Shown one piece after another: positions 55,966 to 58,592 of a DNA stretch of 58,592 bases. Numbering within the stretch: position 1 is the stretch's first letter; each line of letters starts with the position of its first letter. This stretch comes from Candidatus Enterousia sp. (GTDB taxonomy: Bacteria > Pseudomonadota > Alphaproteobacteria > Rs-D84), in contig JAZSDC010000022.1 of the NCBI GenBank assembly GCA_045530935.1, positions 1-58,592 of the forward strand, written 5' to 3'. Under the pieces are notes generated by a model that ran no database searches, was not told where the DNA came from, and saw nothing but the letters and a program-made list of their open reading frames with translations. Both the position numbers and the translations under genes were made by a program.

Positions 55966-57009
55966 ATGAAAAAGTTAACATCCAGTATTTTTGTTGGAAT
56001 TCTGGGGCTTTGTGCGGTCGGGGTGGCGGATGCTGCGGTCGTTTCCACTGGCTATTTAGAAGAAAAATTAGCAGACAAGCAAGATGCGTTTACTGTTGAT
56101 GGTAACGTTAAAATGTCAGATAACAATGTTTTGACTGTTGAAACTGGCGCGGTTGCTGAAAATGCAACAACATTGGTTACCGGTGGTGCGGTTGATACGG
56201 CGATTAAATCTGCTGTTTCTGCCGAGGCGACTGCCCGCGATAACGCGATTACAAACATAATTGGTGATTTGGGTGAAAATGCGTCTGTTGTTGCTGCGAT
56301 TGCATCTTCTTTGGACGAAGCTAATAAATACACAGATGATGAAATTAATGAATTGGCGGCAAAACTGGATGGTACTGCAGGCCCAGAAGGTCAACCGGGC
56401 TTGGTAACCCAGGTTACAACCCTGCAACAATTGGTTGGTGATACTGCGGTTGCGACCCAGATTGCAAATGCAATTGGTGCGTTAACGGCTGAGGATATCC
56501 CAGAATTGGGAATTTCCAAGATTAATGGTCTGCAGGATGCGTTGGATAATAAACAGACTAAGTTGGGTGTCGATGATTTTGGTAATTTTGTCACAATTGA
56601 TGAAAATGGCAAGATTGTTACGACGTTCAAGGCGACTGATTCTGTTACAATTGCTGACGATGGTTCATTAAGTGTTGGTGTTATCACAAATGCTAATATT
56701 GCAGATGGCACAATTGATGGCAGCAAGCTGACTGCAAATTCTGTTACTGCGGACCAAATTGCATCAGGTGCAATTGGCGTAGATGAACTGGGCGCGAATG
56801 CGGTTACAGATGCTGCGGTTGCAGACGGTGCGTTGGCTGTTGCAAAGATTAATGGTTTGCAGGCATCATTGGATGAAAAATTTGAAATCCCTGAATATAC
56901 AACACAAACCCAAGAGGGTACATATGTTCTGACGGCAACTCAGAAGGATGGTGTCGTTACATATGCGTGGGAAAATATTGCAGGTCGTGATGATAGTGCG
57001 ACAGAATAA
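55966..57009 (+). CDS. fibre-family protein D
   Basis: Signal peptide MKKLTSSIFVGILGLCAVGVADA, then AVVSTGYLEEKLADKQD. Repeated KINGLQ(D/A)(A/S)LD(N/E)K. C-terminal motif EGTYVLTATQKDGVVTYAWENI. Confidence 0.65.
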   Translation: MKKLTSSIFVGILGLCAVGVADAAVVSTGYLEEKLADKQDAFTVDGNVKMSDNNVLTVETGAVAENATTLVTGGAVDTAIKSAVSAEATARDNAITNIIGDLGENASVVAAIASSLDEANKYTDDEINELAAKLDGTAGPEGQPGLVTQVTTLQQLVGDTAVATQIANAIGALTAEDIPELGISKINGLQDALDNKQTKLGVDDFGNFVTIDENGKIVTTFKATDSVTIADDGSLSVGVITNANIADGTIDGSKLTANSVTADQIASGAIGVDELGANAVTDAAVADGALAVAKINGLQASLDEKFEIPEYTTQTQEGTYVLTATQKDGVVTYAWENIAGRDDSATE

Positions 57010-57070
57010 TATATAACGAAATTTAAATCACTTTGTGATTAAATAAAAAAAGAAAGAAAGGAAGGAAAAC

Positions 57071-57907
57071 ATGAAAAAATTATTAACAGTATCTTTGTTG
57101 GCGATTATGTCTGTAAGCGCTGCAAACGCAAAAATCGCATCAACAGAATATATGGAAAAGGTTGCAGGTGCAACTTTAGCAACAGATGGTATAATCGCAG
57201 ACTTGCAAACAACAAGTAAAAAACTTGTTCCTGCTATTAACGAGGTAAAAGGTACTGCGGATTCTGCATTGTCAAAGGCGAATGCTAATGCACAGACTTT
57301 ACAGTCTATGGCGACATCTGAAACTGTTTCAGGAATCGACACTCGTTTGAATGCCGCCGAAGGTGAAATTGACGCATTGCAGACAGCGATGGGGACTACA
57401 ACAGATGTGACAGCAGATATTGCTGCTGCAAAGAAAGCTGGTACAGATGCTGCGACAGCTGTTGAAGCTTTAGAAGATGGTCAGGTTGCGACTAATACGA
57501 CGAATATTACCAATTTGACAACTACAAAGTTGAATGCATCAGAGGTTTCAGAAGCCGGTACGGTTGGTCAGTTAGTTACTACAATGCTAGGTACAACCGC
57601 GGGTGGGTTGACGTCAGAGATTAATGCTGCAAAGGGTGCAGCAGCTGCTGCCCAGGAGACAGCTGATGATGCTGCGACAGCTGTTGAAGCTTTAGAAGAT
57701 GGTCAGGTTGCGACTAATACGACGAATATTACCAATTTGACAAATGCTGTCAATGATCAGACTAATGGTTTGGCGACCAAGGCCACCAAGGCAGAATTGG
57801 GTATTAATGGTACTTTGACTGTTCCTACAGAATGTCAGGGGGCAGGTAAGGAATGTGCTTTGGTTATTATCAATGGTGTGGCTGAATGGCAGGTCGTTCA
57901 GAAATAA
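57071..57907 (+). CDS. fibre-family protein E
   Basis: Signal peptide MKKLLTVSLLAIMSVSAANA, then KIASTEYMEKVAG. Contains a 74-aa repeat. C-terminal motif PTECQGAGKECALVIINGVAEWQVVQK*. Confidence 0.65.
   Translation: MKKLLTVSLLAIMSVSAANAKIASTEYMEKVAGATLATDGIIADLQTTSKKLVPAINEVKGTADSALSKANANAQTLQSMATSETVSGIDTRLNAAEGEIDALQTAMGTTTDVTADIAAAKKAGTDAATAVEALEDGQVATNTTNITNLTTTKLNASEVSEAGTVGQLVTTMLGTTAGGLTSEINAAKGAAAAAQETADDAATAVEALEDGQVATNTTNITNLTNAVNDQTNGLATKATKAELGINGTLTVPTECQGAGKECALVIINGVAEWQVVQK
57446..57742 (+). repeat. 75-bp perfect direct repeat (222-bp period) inside gene E
   Basis: gatgctgcgacagctgttgaagctttagaagatggtcaggttgcgactaatacgacgaatattaccaatttgaca occurs at 57446..57520 and again at 57668..57742. 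Confidence 0.9.
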
Positions 57908-57928
57908 TGAGCATTTCTTTGAACATGT

Positions 57929-57961
57929 GCGGGACAGAATTTTCTGTCCCGTTTTTTTTTA
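57929..57961 (+). terminator. rho-independent terminator after gene E
   Basis: cgggacagaa / tt / ttctgtcccg plus T9. Confidence 0.8.
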
Positions 57962-57976
57962 TTTCCCTTTCCTACA

Positions 57977-58070
57977 TTCTCATCCCGGAAAAAACTTCTC
58001 ACCCCACCACACACCTTGTCACCCCGGGCAAAAAAATTGTCATCCCGGGGCTTGACCCCGGGACCTAGGT
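57977..58070. repeat. composite palindromic repeat unit 1 (tcatcccgg / caccccaccacacacc subrepeats plus hairpin core)
   Basis: ttctcatcccggaaaaaacttctcaccccaccacacaccttgtcaccccggg...ttgtcatcccggggcttgaccccgggacc. The core tcccgggg/ccccggga is self-complementary. Confidence 0.8.
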
Positions 58071-58095
58071 CGTACAACATTTTCCATATAATAAT

Positions 58096-58189
58096 TTCTT
58101 ATCCTGGGAAAAAATTTCTCATCCCACCGCACACTTTCTCATCCCACCACACACCTTGTCATCCCGGGGCTTGACCCCGGGACCCAGGT
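58096..58189. repeat. composite palindromic repeat unit 2 (direct copy of unit 1)
   Basis: ttcttatcctgggaaaaaatttctcatcccaccgcacactttctcatcccaccacacaccttgtcatcccggggcttgaccccgggacccagg. Confidence 0.8.
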
Positions 58190-58196
58190 TTGGTGC

Positions 58197-58496
58197 TTAT
58201 AATAAATTATTTAAATCTTCAAATAAGTCGCGCCATTCTGGGTTGAATTTTTCTATCAAATCTTTTTTCCAGTTTCGTTTCCATTCTTTTAAGCGCTTTT
58301 CGTGTCGTATAGCCTGGTTTACGTCTTCAAAGCGTTCGAAGTAAACTAATTTATCAATATTATATTTACTGGTGAAACCGGGGGTCAGGTGATTTTTATG
58401 TTCGAAAATTCGTTGCGGCAGATTACTGGTTATGCCTATGTAAAGCGTTCCATTTCTGGAACTGGCCATGATATAAACATAATAATATTTTTGCAT
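58197..58496 (-). CDS. GIY-YIG nuclease family protein
   Basis: MQKYYYVYIMASSRNGTLYIGITSNLPQRIFEHK.....FTSKYNIDKLVYFE.F.....AI..EK.LK.W.R. The track's N-terminal extension MSSRGLTPGPRS.. is only the repeat translated, so ATG 58496 (or 58502) is preferred. Confidence 0.8.
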   Translation of the reverse strand: MQKYYYVYIMASSRNGTLYIGITSNLPQRIFEHKNHLTPGFTSKYNIDKLVYFERFEDVNQAIRHEKRLKEWKRNWKKDLIEKFNPEWRDLFEDLNNLL

Positions 58497-58522
58497 GTAC
58501 ATAATATTTACAATGATATATG

Positions 58523-58592
58523 ACCTGGGTCCCGGGGTCAAGCCCCGGGATGACAAGGGGAGGGGATGACAAATTTTTTGTCCTGGGGTGAC
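58523..58592. repeat. composite palindromic repeat unit 3 (inverted relative to units 1 and 2; runs off the window)
   Basis: acctgggtcccggggtcaagccccgggatgacaaggggaggggatgacaaattttttgtcctggggtgac is the reverse complement of the unit 1/2 pattern. Confidence 0.8.

Noticed and set aside
58156-58344. ORF 58156..58344(+) and the MSSRGLTPGPRS N-terminal extension of ORF 58197..58556(-).
   Set aside because: Both start inside the palindromic repeat and give the same peptide on both strands, which is a translation artefact of the inverted repeat. The GIY-YIG motif begins at MQKYYYVYIM.

Overview
AT-rich Gram-negative chromosome segment. The gene content suggests a reduced, probably host-associated, alphaproteobacterium-like organism. 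All calls rest on motif recognition by eye; no database search was possible. Most of the window is housekeeping: thrS, tatA and tatBC, dksA-like, trxA, sufS-sufT-sufE, a separate sufBC, ftsL-like/ftsI, recJ, nrnA-like, lolA, an M23/LysM peptidase, miaB, gatB and gatC-orf-gatA, ruvX, parE, dnaJ, pgsA, uvrC, rluC-like, asmA, dnaN, tolB, plsC, ftsEX, tRNA-Lys(CUU) and tRNA-Phe(GAA). No rRNA, CRISPR array, transposase, integrase or reverse transcriptase was seen. Accessory content, ranked by interest: (1) at 52.9-57.9 kb, five tandem genes for secreted coiled-coil proteins with phage-tail-fibre-like motifs, conserved ends and exchanged repeat cassettes, just downstream of a beta-barrel OMP gene. 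This is my best candidate for an undescribed surface-fibre system. (2) At the left edge, a tandem array of at least three small six-cysteine proteins with no family I recognise, each followed by a piece of a palindromic repeat. (3) Dispersed pilus/secretion parts: a TcpQ/PilL-like plus PilN-like secretin pair, a type IVb-like pilin with an unusual G|RSMIE site, and an orphan VirB2/TrbC-like pilin. (4) A GIY-YIG nuclease gene between inverted copies of a composite palindromic repeat at the right edge. (5) A secreted protein with eukaryote-like CxxGYY/CP cysteine repeats. (6) An extra ORF translationally coupled inside gatC-gatA. (7) A T8 frameshift in a DUF2798-like gene, preceded by an orphan consensus promoter plus terminator. 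(8) A lactate-oxidase-like gene with a hydrophobic N-terminus next to tRNA-Lys.
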